A DNA stretch of 64,000 nucleotides from a virus, in the IMG/VR virus record IMGVR_UViG_3300029215_000002, positions 1-64,000 of that record; one strand, given 5' to 3'. The notes beneath the pieces were generated by a model. That model was not told the DNA's origin and did not search any database. It saw only the letters and a list, made by a program, of their open reading frames with translations. A program made the translations under genes and the position numbers. This document shows positions 37,297-45,830 of the stretch, one piece after another; position 1 is the stretch's first letter, and every line of letters starts with the position of its first letter.

Positions 37297-37459
37297 TTAC
37301 AAGTTTTCTTGATTTAATTGCCCGTGTGAATAATACCTATACCCATTACTAGATGTATGGCGAGGACGTAGTTTTCCATTCTTATCCCAATTTCGTAATG
37401 TTTTGTGCTGATACACCTAATATCTTTGAAAACTCATTGATAGAATAATATTTACTCAT
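37297..37459 (-). pseudogene. tnpA: Remnant of IS607-family TnpA (serine recombinase): only the N-terminal MerR-like HTH, with a frameshift; the catalytic domain is deleted
   Basis: Frame 1 reads MSKYYSINEFSKILGVSAQNITKLG*. The adjacent frame reads KTLRNWDKNGKLRPRHTSSNGYRYYSHGQLNQENL*. Joined, they match the IS607 TnpA N-terminus (MKYYSIGEFAKLCGVSVQTLRNWDKNGKLKPHH..GYRYYSEEQL). GGAGG RBS. The stop abuts the tnpB start, as in IS607. Confidence 0.6.
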
Positions 37460-37589
37460 AAAGTAAATCCTCCTTATAATGTTTATACTTTATTCTATCA
37501 ATATATAAGTTATAAAAATCAACACTTTTTATATGTTTTTATAAGTTATATTTAACTGCTAAATACCTCTTTCTTAACAATCTTAAAAG

Positions 37590-38051
37590 TTAAAATTCAT
37601 CCCATAATTTATCATCTTCATTTCCAAAAGGTGTGCTACAATTTTCTTCGGCAGCCTTAATAAGATATTTTCTTTCTAGCATAGTCATATCAGATACAAT
37701 TTCTTCAGCTTGTTCTTTAGCTTTTAATATTTTATTAATCAAAAAATCACATTTTTCTTTTACTTGATTTTTAACACCATTAGGAATATTATCCCATTTA
37801 AGATAACAATTCAATCTTTCTTCTATATCTTTATCATCTCTTAAATCATTTCCACTGAAACAAATTTCTCTTATGTCTCCATTTATATCTTTCCCAAAAT
37901 TATTTTTATGTCTTGAAAAATTCTCATAATGATCTATATATCCACCAGTATAATATTTACTATAAAATACTTTTCCACAATGTTCGCATATCATTTTATT
38001 TATTTCCATTCTCATCATTCCTTTCCATTCCCGAAGAAAACTTGGTTTCAT
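37590..38051 (-). CDS. hypothetical protein (153 aa)
   Basis: minus-strand ORF; CEHCGK zinc-ribbon-like N-terminus. Confidence 0.45.
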   Translation of the reverse strand: MKPSFLREWKGMMRMEINKMICEHCGKVFYSKYYTGGYIDHYENFSRHKNNFGKDINGDIREICFSGNDLRDDKDIEERLNCYLKWDNIPNGVKNQVKEKCDFLINKILKAKEQAEEIVSDMTMLERKYLIKAAEENCSTPFGNEDDKLWDEF

Positions 38052-38270
38052 TTATTTATATTTAGTCTCTTTTGTTCTTGCATCTATTCCTATGACTTCT
38101 TTCTCTCTCTTGTTAAATATAAATTCTAAAACAGGTGTGTTGAATTCCGGATCAATAGTAGCCCATCCTCTAGCTCTTTCATCATCAACTAATTCTACAG
38201 ACTTGTATCCCTCTTTCTTTTTCTCTTTAAGAAAGGTTATTACACTATCAATATCTGAACTAATTCGCAA
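38052..38270 (-). CDS. hypothetical protein (72 aa)
   Basis: minus-strand ORF. Confidence 0.4.
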   Translation of the reverse strand: MRISSDIDSVITFLKEKKKEGYKSVELVDDERARGWATIDPEFNTPVLEFIFNKREKEVIGIDARTKETKYK

Positions 38271-38272
38271 TA

Positions 38273-38803
38273 TTATACACCTCTTTCAATAAATTCTTTG
38301 TCAAATTCTCTATCAGTATCAACAAATTCACCTACTGAACCAATAATAGCCGATTCAATATCATCATCTTCTTCAATGTATTCGTCTTCTTCATCATCCC
38401 AATTTTCTTCAAATTTAAAAAAACCATCGCATTCATAAATACTACCAACCTTTTTAATTTCGTTCTGCTGTAATAAATATTCTTCATCAAGAAGGGTATC
38501 TGCAAGTTCTTTTAATAAATCTTCATAATCACTACCACATTCACAATTTGAAATTCTATGTAAAATTTCACTTCCTTTATCTGTATTTTGATCTAACCAA
38601 TTTGCATAACTTGATATATCATTACGCCAACCGTCAACATAATGTTTGTTGTCAAATACATCACCATCATTGTACCATTTATATATTAACTTACAAACTG
38701 CTGTTACAATCTGTGTTGCTTTTGTATCCCCTTCTCCCCAAACGGTTAAATATAAATCGCTTACATTTTTAAATTTTTTAAAATAAATTCCTTTTACTGA
38801 CAT
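38273..38803 (-). CDS. hypothetical acidic protein (176 aa)
   Basis: minus-strand ORF; D/E-rich. Confidence 0.45.
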   Translation of the reverse strand: MSVKGIYFKKFKNVSDLYLTVWGEGDTKATQIVTAVCKLIYKWYNDGDVFDNKHYVDGWRNDISSYANWLDQNTDKGSEILHRISNCECGSDYEDLLKELADTLLDEEYLLQQNEIKKVGSIYECDGFFKFEENWDDEEDEYIEEDDDIESAIIGSVGEFVDTDREFDKEFIERGV

Positions 38804-38987
38804 AAAAATTACCTCGCTTTTTTCATATTTTATATTATCTTATTATAACACAACATCATTTTTTGATACAGTATGCCAATCATCAAAATAGTATACATAT
38901 ACCAACAGTATATCTGGATGTATAACATATTCAACATACTTATTTACTTTTAGCATACCAAATCTTTTAAGCAAGTATTTGGTCATA

Positions 38988-39578
38988 TCAACTCTTTTCT
39001 TCAATACCTAAAACTCGATTGATTTGAGTAATTCTAGCAAGTAGCTTTTCTTTTTCTGCTATTAATTCTGATATTTCTTCCATATCTTCTCTAATTTCTA
39101 AAATCTCAATTTTATATGGAAGATCATCTTTCTCTTTTTCAAATATATTTTTATTAACTTTTGATAAATAAAAAACAGACCCAGCAGATACTTCTGAACG
39201 CCAATATTTTGCACTGCCTCCACTTTTAATCTTACCAGAAATAAGGACTACGTCCCTACCGACTCTTGCACCACTATCTCTATTATAAGCACTAGAAATA
39301 TCTTTTCCAAACACTCTTACAGGCTCTTTGCAAGCAAAAGAATCTTCTAAAAATTTTATTTTAACATCAATTGTTTCATTTCTATCTATGTCAGAATAAC
39401 CAAAAACATCTACCATAATATTTCTTACATTATCAATATATTCTTTTGGAACTGTCCAACATCTATTTGATGAATTCCATCTTGCAGAACCTATGTTTTT
39501 AATTTTAATAACAAATTCCTTATTGTACGGTGTATAAATATTTATTGAACTACTTCCTAGTACGATCTTAATGTCCAT
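38988..39578 (-). CDS. hypothetical protein (196 aa)
   Basis: minus-strand ORF. Confidence 0.45.
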   Translation of the reverse strand: MDIKIVLGSSSINIYTPYNKEFVIKIKNIGSARWNSSNRCWTVPKEYIDNVRNIMVDVFGYSDIDRNETIDVKIKFLEDSFACKEPVRVFGKDISSAYNRDSGARVGRDVVLISGKIKSGGSAKYWRSEVSAGSVFYLSKVNKNIFEKEKDDLPYKIEILEIREDMEEISELIAEKEKLLARITQINRVLGIEEKS

Positions 39579-39657
39579 ATCTTTATCCTCCCTGTATAAT
39601 TTCTCTAATTTGTTTATATAAATATAACCTCAAAAATTATTTTTGAGGTTATATTTC

Positions 39658-40128
39658 TTACATTAATGCCATTGTAAATGTTTGTAGAACACAGTAAAAA
39701 GTCCCATTTTTAGGATAATCTTTATCTTTTTCATCCCAATCAAGACGTAAAATATCAAGGAACCCTGAACTAATATCTGTCAATAAGTTTAATTGAAGAA
39801 TGGTATTAAAACAGCCATCTCTATCATGATATTCCATGTAATATACTAATTGTGTCCTTAGTCCTCTTAGTTTATCACCAGCCACTTTTTTCATTTCTTT
39901 TCCAGAATTATATGCTTTTTGTACATAGTTATCTCTAACTATATGATTAAGTTTTTCAGTTATTAACTGTTCTGCATAATCAGCTGGTTTCTTATCTGCA
40001 CTTATCCAATTTTCTAATGTTTCAATTTTAACTTTTAATGCTTCTGCTAATTCAGGAACTGTCTTAACTCCTAAATAATCCTTATATTCTTCCCAATTTT
40101 TAATAGTTATTTCTAACATAACATTCAC
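39658..40128 (-). CDS. hypothetical protein (156 aa)
   Basis: minus-strand ORF. Confidence 0.45.
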   Translation of the reverse strand: MNVMLEITIKNWEEYKDYLGVKTVPELAEALKVKIETLENWISADKKPADYAEQLITEKLNHIVRDNYVQKAYNSGKEMKKVAGDKLRGLRTQLVYYMEYHDRDGCFNTILQLNLLTDISSGFLDILRLDWDEKDKDYPKNGTFYCVLQTFTMALM

Positions 40129-40375
40129 TCCTTTTTTAATTATGTTTTATTTTTTAATTTAGCTCTTGACATATAATTAGTTTATTACACAATGTGTAGT
40201 ATGTCAAGTGCTTAGTATGCTCTATCTAATTCTCCTAAGATTTCCAATATTTTCCTTTCGTCAACCTTCATATGTTTATTTTCTATTTCCATCTAAGGAA
40301 ATTATTTTTTCTTTATACTCTCTCATTTTTACACTCCCTTTTATTAGAGCGTGAGCTAACTCACGCTCGATTAGA

Positions 40376-40663
40376 CTATTTGTATTGTTTTGCGACTTCG
40401 TACCAGTCGCTGTCAACATTCCCTTGTTCGTCTTCTGCCCAATGCTCGCCGCCAAATTGGCTTTCGTTGACATTACAAAGAACTACAGCGAAACTGTCAC
40501 AACTCTTTTTTTCTTGTTCTGTTAAATGCTCCCAACGGTATTTTGCTTCTTTTAGAGCATCCTCCTTGCTGTCGCATACTATTAATGCTTCAGTCATTTT
40601 TGTTGTCGAAAAATCTTCAACGACACACCATTTTAAATTTATAGCTCCTTTATAGCAATACAT
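40376..40663 (-). CDS. hypothetical protein (95 aa) in a locally GC-richer segment
   Basis: Protein-like composition; GGAGG RBS upstream; followed by the perfect hairpin GAGCGTGAG-ctaa-CTCACGCTC at 40346..40367. Confidence 0.45.
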   Translation of the reverse strand: MYCYKGAINLKWCVVEDFSTTKMTEALIVCDSKEDALKEAKYRWEHLTEQEKKSCDSFAVVLCNVNESQFGGEHWAEDEQGNVDSDWYEVAKQYK

Positions 40664-40825
40664 TATATATTCCTCCTTATTCGTCTAAAACAAACAATTT
40701 TATTAATTTTTTAAAAATGCCCTTAACAAAATGAAAAGTGATTTCTACTATTGTAGATAAAAAACATATTACAACAGGTTAGAGAGGCGGGGTTTATATC
40801 CGTCTCTCTTTTATTTGCTCTAATT

Positions 40826-41128
40826 TTAAGCCCAAACATCAGTTACTTTATACCCAATTAAAAATCCATTGGTGTTATATAATTTTTCGACCTGTACAGA
40901 TATTACTGTAGCATCCTTACTATTTACACAACATTGCCACACCTGTCCATCTCCACCAACCACGACCTCATCATTAGGATCAAGATTAGATTCAAAATCT
41001 TCAAAAGCACAGATAATATCATTTGCTAATTCTTGTGCTTGATTTTGTTCAATTTCATTTTCTTCATTTTTATATTCTTTTCCTATTAATATTTTTAAGT
41101 TTCCAATAACTTGTTCTAAAGTAATCAT
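40826..41128 (-). CDS. hypothetical protein (100 aa)
   Basis: minus-strand ORF. Confidence 0.4.
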   Translation of the reverse strand: MITLEQVIGNLKILIGKEYKNEENEIEQNQAQELANDIICAFEDFESNLDPNDEVVVGGDGQVWQCCVNSKDATVISVQVEKLYNTNGFLIGYKVTDVWA

Positions 41129-41147
41129 ATTGCTTACCTCCTCAAAT

Positions 41148-41354
41148 CTAATAATTTTCTCTCTTTCTAAATTCTTCTTCTAAATCCCTACTTCTTTGTT
41201 CAGATGACTTTTTATCTAATAATGAAGGAATACCAAAAACTACAAATAACGCAATGGCACAGCTAATTAAATCTACTAACATAAATAATCTCTCCTTTTT
41301 ATTTTTTATAATAACATAATTAACGATTAAAAACAATACTCTTAGTAAAAACAT
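41148..41354 (-). CDS. small membrane protein (68 aa)
   Basis: Hydrophobic N-terminus, then an N-terminal TM and a charged tail. Confidence 0.4.
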   Translation of the reverse strand: MFLLRVLFLIVNYVIIKNKKERLFMLVDLISCAIALFVVFGIPSLLDKKSSEQRSRDLEEEFRKRENY

Positions 41355-41599
41355 TTTTTAAACAATTCATCTTCTAATAATTTCTTTACGTAATCATTAG
41401 TCGATAAATGTTCACATTTATCTTTTTCTTTATACCTCAATAATCTATCTGCGTCCACAGAAGACAAAGTGAAATTTAAGTTTATCACCATATAATCCCT
41501 TCCTTTCTTGTATAATATCATTTGTGTAGTACCATAATTGGTACTAAAAAAGAGATTAGAAAATTTTCTAATCTCTTTATGAAATATGAGTTTCATCAA
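41342..41599 (-). CDS. hypothetical protein (85 aa)
   Basis: minus-strand ORF. Confidence 0.4.
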   Translation of the reverse strand: MMKLIFHKEIRKFSNLFFSTNYGTTQMILYKKGRDYMVINLNFTLSSVDADRLLRYKEKDKCEHLSTNDYVKKLLEDELFKKCFY

Positions 41600-41604
41600 A
41601 CATA

Positions 41605-41907
41605 TTATTCCTCTAAATATTTATCAATTTTCTCATACAGCTGGTCGCATAAGTTCAAAATACCACCAGTTCCATTTACTTTGTCATCATCATAAATTTC
41701 TTCGGATGCCTGATAACATAAATCTGAAATTCTTTTTAATAAATACTTTTCCTGTTTCTTATTATCCGTAAACTTCACATTTCTCTTTTTTGGATACCAC
41801 ACATACCATAATTGCTTGCCTTTGTGGGCACTCCACTGAACTTGCCCACCAACCTTATCTCTAAACTCACACGCCTTATCGTAGTTAGAAAATTCTTTTA
41901 CATCCAT
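41605..41907 (-). CDS. hypothetical protein (100 aa)
   Basis: minus-strand ORF. Confidence 0.4.
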   Translation of the reverse strand: MDVKEFSNYDKACEFRDKVGGQVQWSAHKGKQLWYVWYPKKRNVKFTDNKKQEKYLLKRISDLCYQASEEIYDDDKVNGTGGILNLCDQLYEKIDKYLEE

Positions 41908-41947
41908 GTTTTACCTCCAATTTTCATTTTGAAAATTCCATTTCTTT

Positions 41948-42184
41948 TTATTCAAACTCCTTATTAACCCAATGAGCAAATCCCGAAGAATCAATTGTAT
42001 ATTCTTCAACCAAATTTACCTTTTCTAACCATGCACAGTCACCATTTTCACACCTAATTGGTAACCATGCAAATACAGTAGAACGCCTTAACTCTCCATA
42101 AACAGGCTCAATTTTTATTTGCTTTTTCCATCTCATAATTTCCACCTTCTTTTTCAAAATAAAATTACTCAAGTTTTCTTGCAA
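41948..42184 (-). CDS. hypothetical protein (78 aa)
   Basis: minus-strand ORF. Confidence 0.4.
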   Translation of the reverse strand: MQENLSNFILKKKVEIMRWKKQIKIEPVYGELRRSTVFAWLPIRCENGDCAWLEKVNLVEEYTIDSSGFAHWVNKEFE

Positions 42185-42686
42185 TCGCTTCTATTCCTTT
42201 GATTATTACTTCATATTTTCCTTCCTCATTAAATGACACTATATAAGGAAACGGAAATGTTTCACAATAACCACGTACAGATTTACGTTTTGTATGTCCA
42301 TTTCCTAATTCACAATCAATCCTAATATTTTTATTAGTATCTTCAACAGAAGTATCTTTTTCTCTTTTAATATAGGCTAATATCCCTGATTGTCCAGGAA
42401 ATTCTTCTATACACCATATTACTTTATCAACTATATAACTCTTTCCTCTAACATGAATTGTATCTCCAATTGTAGGCTTAACACCTACTTCTAAATTAAC
42501 AACCAAATTATCTTCTTCACATTTGAGCTGTACTAACAACATATTTATACCTCCTTTGTATACATTATTTCTTATTACATTTATGACCCAAATGTGGTTT
42601 ATAAAATAATCCACATTTATCACATTTACATACTGTGGTCTGAGAATTAATATTATTTCTAAACCACTTTTTTGTATTTTTATCAT
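42165..42686 (-). CDS. hypothetical protein (173 aa)
   Basis: minus-strand ORF. Confidence 0.45.
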   Translation of the reverse strand: MIKIQKSGLEIILILRPQYVNVINVDYFINHIWVINVIRNNVYKGGINMLLVQLKCEEDNLVVNLEVGVKPTIGDTIHVRGKSYIVDKVIWCIEEFPGQSGILAYIKREKDTSVEDTNKNIRIDCELGNGHTKRKSVRGYCETFPFPYIVSFNEEGKYEVIIKGIEAIARKLE

Positions 42687-42731
42687 ATATGTTTGACACG
42701 ACTACTCCTCTTTTCTAAAACAGATAAAATT

Positions 42732-43145
42732 TTAATTGTTTTTAAATTTAATTTCTCTATCTTCCAACCAATTAATTAATGGAGCAAAATATGCTTGTGG
42801 CATTTTTATATTTGGTATGTTTTCTTTTGCCCATTCAAATCGACTTAATGAAAGTTTCCCACCATTCATTAGAAAATCTAACTCCAAATTATGAAGATGT
42901 TCTGCTATATCTAAGTCATAATGTTCATATAAATATTTTGATGGTAAAAGACAAACCCAAGTTTCTGCCATTTTGTATTTCTTTTTTATTTTGTTTATTT
43001 TTGATTTTGTTAATTGGCTTATTAAATCTATTGCATCTTCTTCTAAATTGTTTAATTCAAAAAATGCTTGTATAATTTGAATGTCCGTTGACTCATATTC
43101 TCCTTTCAATTTCTGTATCTCCATCAATTCTTTTAATGTTATCAT
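42732..43145 (-). CDS. hypothetical protein (137 aa)
   Basis: minus-strand ORF. Confidence 0.45.
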   Translation of the reverse strand: MITLKELMEIQKLKGEYESTDIQIIQAFFELNNLEEDAIDLISQLTKSKINKIKKKYKMAETWVCLLPSKYLYEHYDLDIAEHLHNLELDFLMNGGKLSLSRFEWAKENIPNIKMPQAYFAPLINWLEDREIKFKNN

Positions 43146-43173
43146 ATTTATACCTCCTAACTAAATGCGGTTT

Positions 43174-43452
43174 TCATCTGTTGTTTACCAATTCAAATAT
43201 TTCGTTCCAATCATCGTATTCATCTAATTTTTCTTGTGGAACTAATAACTCATACTCTTTTTCAATTTCTTCTTTTGTTCCATATCCATTAAAGCTAGGA
43301 CAACTACCTATCTCAAATTCGTTATGTTTTTCTATCTGTTTAAAGATAATAATTATATCCTTCTCAAATTTTGCCATATGAGCTGCAAAACTATCAATCT
43401 GAATAATAGATTTATTATCTTCTTTATTTACATAAATATCTCCAAGTTTCAT
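43174..43452 (-). CDS. hypothetical protein (92 aa)
   Basis: minus-strand ORF. Confidence 0.4.
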   Translation of the reverse strand: MKLGDIYVNKEDNKSIIQIDSFAAHMAKFEKDIIIIFKQIEKHNEFEIGSCPSFNGYGTKEEIEKEYELLVPQEKLDEYDDWNEIFELVNNR

Positions 43453-43478
43453 ATTTTACCTCCTAACAAATGTGCTTT

Positions 43479-43613
43479 TCATCGTCTTAAAATAAATCCT
43501 AACCAACCAGTTCTAATTAAATGCTGTCCATTACTAAATGTAATATCTATATCTATTGCACCCAAAGTTACAAATGATAATAAAACAAATCCAATATAAT
43601 ACAATATCTTCAT
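43479..43613 (-). CDS. small membrane protein (44 aa); not in the ORF track
   Basis: MKILYYIGFVLLSFVTLGAIDIDITFSNGQHLIRTGWLGFILRR. Confidence 0.3.
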   Translation of the reverse strand: MKILYYIGFVLLSFVTLGAIDIDITFSNGQHLIRTGWLGFILRR

Positions 43614-43673
43614 ATAATCACCATCCTTTTGAAATTTCCGTTTCCTTTTTATTTTTAATTAATAAAAAATTTC

Positions 43674-43916
43674 TCAAATATCTTCAATTAAATTTCCTGT
43701 ATCTTTTGCCAACTTGTATAAATATTGACCATCTTCTTCGGGAACATATGTCTCTAAAAAATCTTCAATGTTTTCCTCATAATCATAATTGGGACATTCT
43801 TCCCAATGCAATAATAAGAAATCCTCCGAAATAACAAAGTTTGTTTCTCCAATAGTTTCTCCAACATCATCTACAATCCACTTTCTGTTAAGTTCATATT
43901 CTTTTTGTATAGTCAT
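43674..43916 (-). CDS. hypothetical acidic protein (80 aa)
   Basis: minus-strand ORF. Confidence 0.4.
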   Translation of the reverse strand: MTIQKEYELNRKWIVDDVGETIGETNFVISEDFLLLHWEECPNYDYEENIEDFLETYVPEEDGQYLYKLAKDTGNLIEDI

Positions 43917-43946
43917 ATAATCAACCTTTCTATTTAAATCATCAAT

Positions 43947-44369
43947 TTATTCTGTTATTTCAACCTTAATTTCTGTATTTCTCCAATTTCCTTGTAAATA
44001 TTCTTTAGATACAGATGTTCCAGATTTGTAATTATCAATAAATTCTGTTAACGACTCCATAACTTTATAAAACATTTCAAGCAACCAATAATGAGTATAT
44101 GATATATGTATACCATCGCATAAAAACTCCCACAGAAAATCTTTTGCATCATCTTTACAAATCCAGTCTTCTTTGTCTATAAATTCTACTGAACCGATAT
44201 AATCATAATAACTACGGCTAGGTATTGCTATTCCCTTATCAAAATCAATAAAATCATAATATTCATCATCATCTATTATTACTTCTTTATCCGTACAGCC
44301 AAATTTATCAGCATTTCGCAACCAGTAATCGCCATCAGTATATAATTTATAAGTAATAGTTATTTTCAT
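43947..44369 (-). CDS. hypothetical protein (140 aa)
   Basis: minus-strand ORF. Confidence 0.45.
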   Translation of the reverse strand: MKITITYKLYTDGDYWLRNADKFGCTDKEVIIDDDEYYDFIDFDKGIAIPSRSYYDYIGSVEFIDKEDWICKDDAKDFLWEFLCDGIHISYTHYWLLEMFYKVMESLTEFIDNYKSGTSVSKEYLQGNWRNTEIKVEITE

Positions 44370-44403
44370 TTACTTCACCTCTTTAAATAAAAAGTTATCT
44401 AAA

Positions 44404-44580
44404 TCATCGTTTCCTTGGATTTTTCCAACCCATTCGTCTCTTTTCATTCAAATCTTTATTATATGGACATTCTGGAATTTTGCATTTACCACACCATCCA
44501 ATATCACTTGCAGATTCACGATCATATGCTTCATCATAATCACAAAGTTCGTGATCTATATTTTTTGTTTTTCTGCTCAT
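44404..44580 (-). CDS. small Cys-containing protein (58 aa); not in the ORF track
   Basis: MSRKTKNIDHELCDYDEAYDRESASDIGWCGKCKIPECPYNKDLNEKRRMGWKNPRKR; RBS GAGAGG. Confidence 0.35.
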   Translation of the reverse strand: MSRKTKNIDHELCDYDEAYDRESASDIGWCGKCKIPECPYNKDLNEKRRMGWKNPRKR

Positions 44581-44616
44581 AACAACAACCTCTCTTTTTT
44601 AAGAAATCCTCATTTC

Positions 44617-44892
44617 TTATGATTTTTTATTTCCCAATTTTCTTCCACATTCAGGACAATATTTTATTGGAATATAAATAGAACCAACACCCTCTCCTTT
44701 AAAATAACCAGGACAAGTGAGAATTAATTCTGGTGTAGCTGTTTGATAATCATGAATAACACCATCTCATTTATCATTTTCCAATACATTTCCATTCAGT
44801 CTGCCTTCGGTTAGATTATTACTATGGTATGGAAGTTTCGGTTGTTCCCATCCAAATTTTACGTCTGTTCTTCTTTCACAATACATGCACAT
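44617..44892 (-). CDS. zinc-ribbon protein interrupted by a single in-frame TGA (at 44767..44769): a readthrough/recoding candidate or a pseudogene
   Basis: GGAGGA RBS, then MCMYCERRTDVKFGWEQPKLPYHSNNLTEGRLNGNVLENDK-TGA-DGVIHDYQTATPELILTCPGYFKGEGVGSIYIPIKYCPECGRKLGNKKS. CxxC pairs lie on both sides of the stop. Confidence 0.35.
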
Positions 44893-44926
44893 ATTTATTC
44901 CTCCAATCTTCACAGTAATTTCTTAT

Positions 44927-45172
44927 TCAAAGTAATTTATTTAACTTTTCCATAATTTCATTTTTAAATCCTATCACATTAAGAGTCTGGATAATACCCT
45001 CTGCGTATCCTCTGTAATTCCATGCCTTTGTTTCCAAAATATGTCGTTCTGTTGTATCATAACATCGTGCAGCTTCTTCAAATTCTTTTTTAGAATTATT
45101 TGCATTCTGTATTGCTTCTTCCGCTAATTTTTCACACTTAATAATTTCTAATCGTGTCATAAAATCCTCCAT
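44927..45172 (-). CDS. hypothetical protein (81 aa)
   Basis: minus-strand ORF. Confidence 0.4.
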   Translation of the reverse strand: MEDFMTRLEIIKCEKLAEEAIQNANNSKKEFEEAARCYDTTERHILETKAWNYRGYAEGIIQTLNVIGFKNEIMEKLNKLL

Positions 45173-45198
45173 TCTTCCAAAGAAACTCTTGATTCAAT

Positions 45199-45426
45199 CT
45201 AATAATCCAATACTTCCAACACATCTGGATGATCTTCAAACCATGAATTTTCATCCAATTTCCATATTTCAATCCAATCTGTTTTAGCATTAAATTCATT
45301 AGAATGTGCATTGTATGCAGTTTTTACTTTTTCTCTTGCTTCTTCCACACTATCAGCAATAACAATTCCTGTTGCTAAATCCTTTACGGAATAACCATAT
45401 AATCTTTTAACATTCATAATTACCAC
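45199..45426 (-). CDS. hypothetical protein (75 aa)
   Basis: minus-strand ORF. Confidence 0.4.
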   Translation of the reverse strand: MVIMNVKRLYGYSVKDLATGIVIADSVEEAREKVKTAYNAHSNEFNAKTDWIEIWKLDENSWFEDHPDVLEVLDY

Positions 45427-45824
45427 TCCCTTAACTCTTCATTTGCCTTATCAATCAAACTAACTGGAATTGCTTTAAAGTCTGTCACATAACCTTCCAT
45501 TGCATTGATATGTTCTTCAATATATTCTTCCAGTTCCTTTTTGAAATCATCATCAGATACATTTGTTAAGTCGTCATTCCCTGAAAAACTTGCGACATCA
45601 CAATAATCATACGGATATTTATCAGCCCCATATCCATATCCTGTATCAACACCACCAACGTACAAGTCAAACCATAAGTGATTTCCCCAATCAATAATAT
45701 CAAAGCAAAGATTCCCAACTCTTACGTTCCCAATATACTCTCCACTTCCTTCTTCATTTATATATACATGTTGTTCTGCCTTATATCTCTGAAACTCTGG
45801 CTGCAAATTCCATTTAAACTTCAT
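45420..45824 (-). CDS. hypothetical acidic protein (134 aa)
   Basis: minus-strand ORF. Confidence 0.45.
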   Translation of the reverse strand: MKFKWNLQPEFQRYKAEQHVYINEEGSGEYIGNVRVGNLCFDIIDWGNHLWFDLYVGGVDTGYGYGADKYPYDYCDVASFSGNDDLTNVSDDDFKKELEEYIEEHINAMEGYVTDFKAIPVSLIDKANEELREW

Positions 45825-45830
45825 ATCTCA

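Larger units (their letters stand above)
35930..37459 (-). mobile_element. Degenerate IS607-like element (tnpA stub + tnpB + putative omega-RNA)
   Basis: Gene order and the tnpA/tnpB junction are typical of IS607. The recombinase catalytic domain is missing, so the element is probably immobile. Confidence 0.55.

Noticed and set aside
40272-40655. Plus-strand 127-aa ORF and minus-strand 65-aa ORF (40276..40473) in the GC-richer segment
   Set aside because: Both overlap the better-supported minus-strand 95-aa gene (RBS, protein-like composition). The 65-aa frame runs straight through a perfect 9-bp hairpin. The translations are S/L/F-rich.
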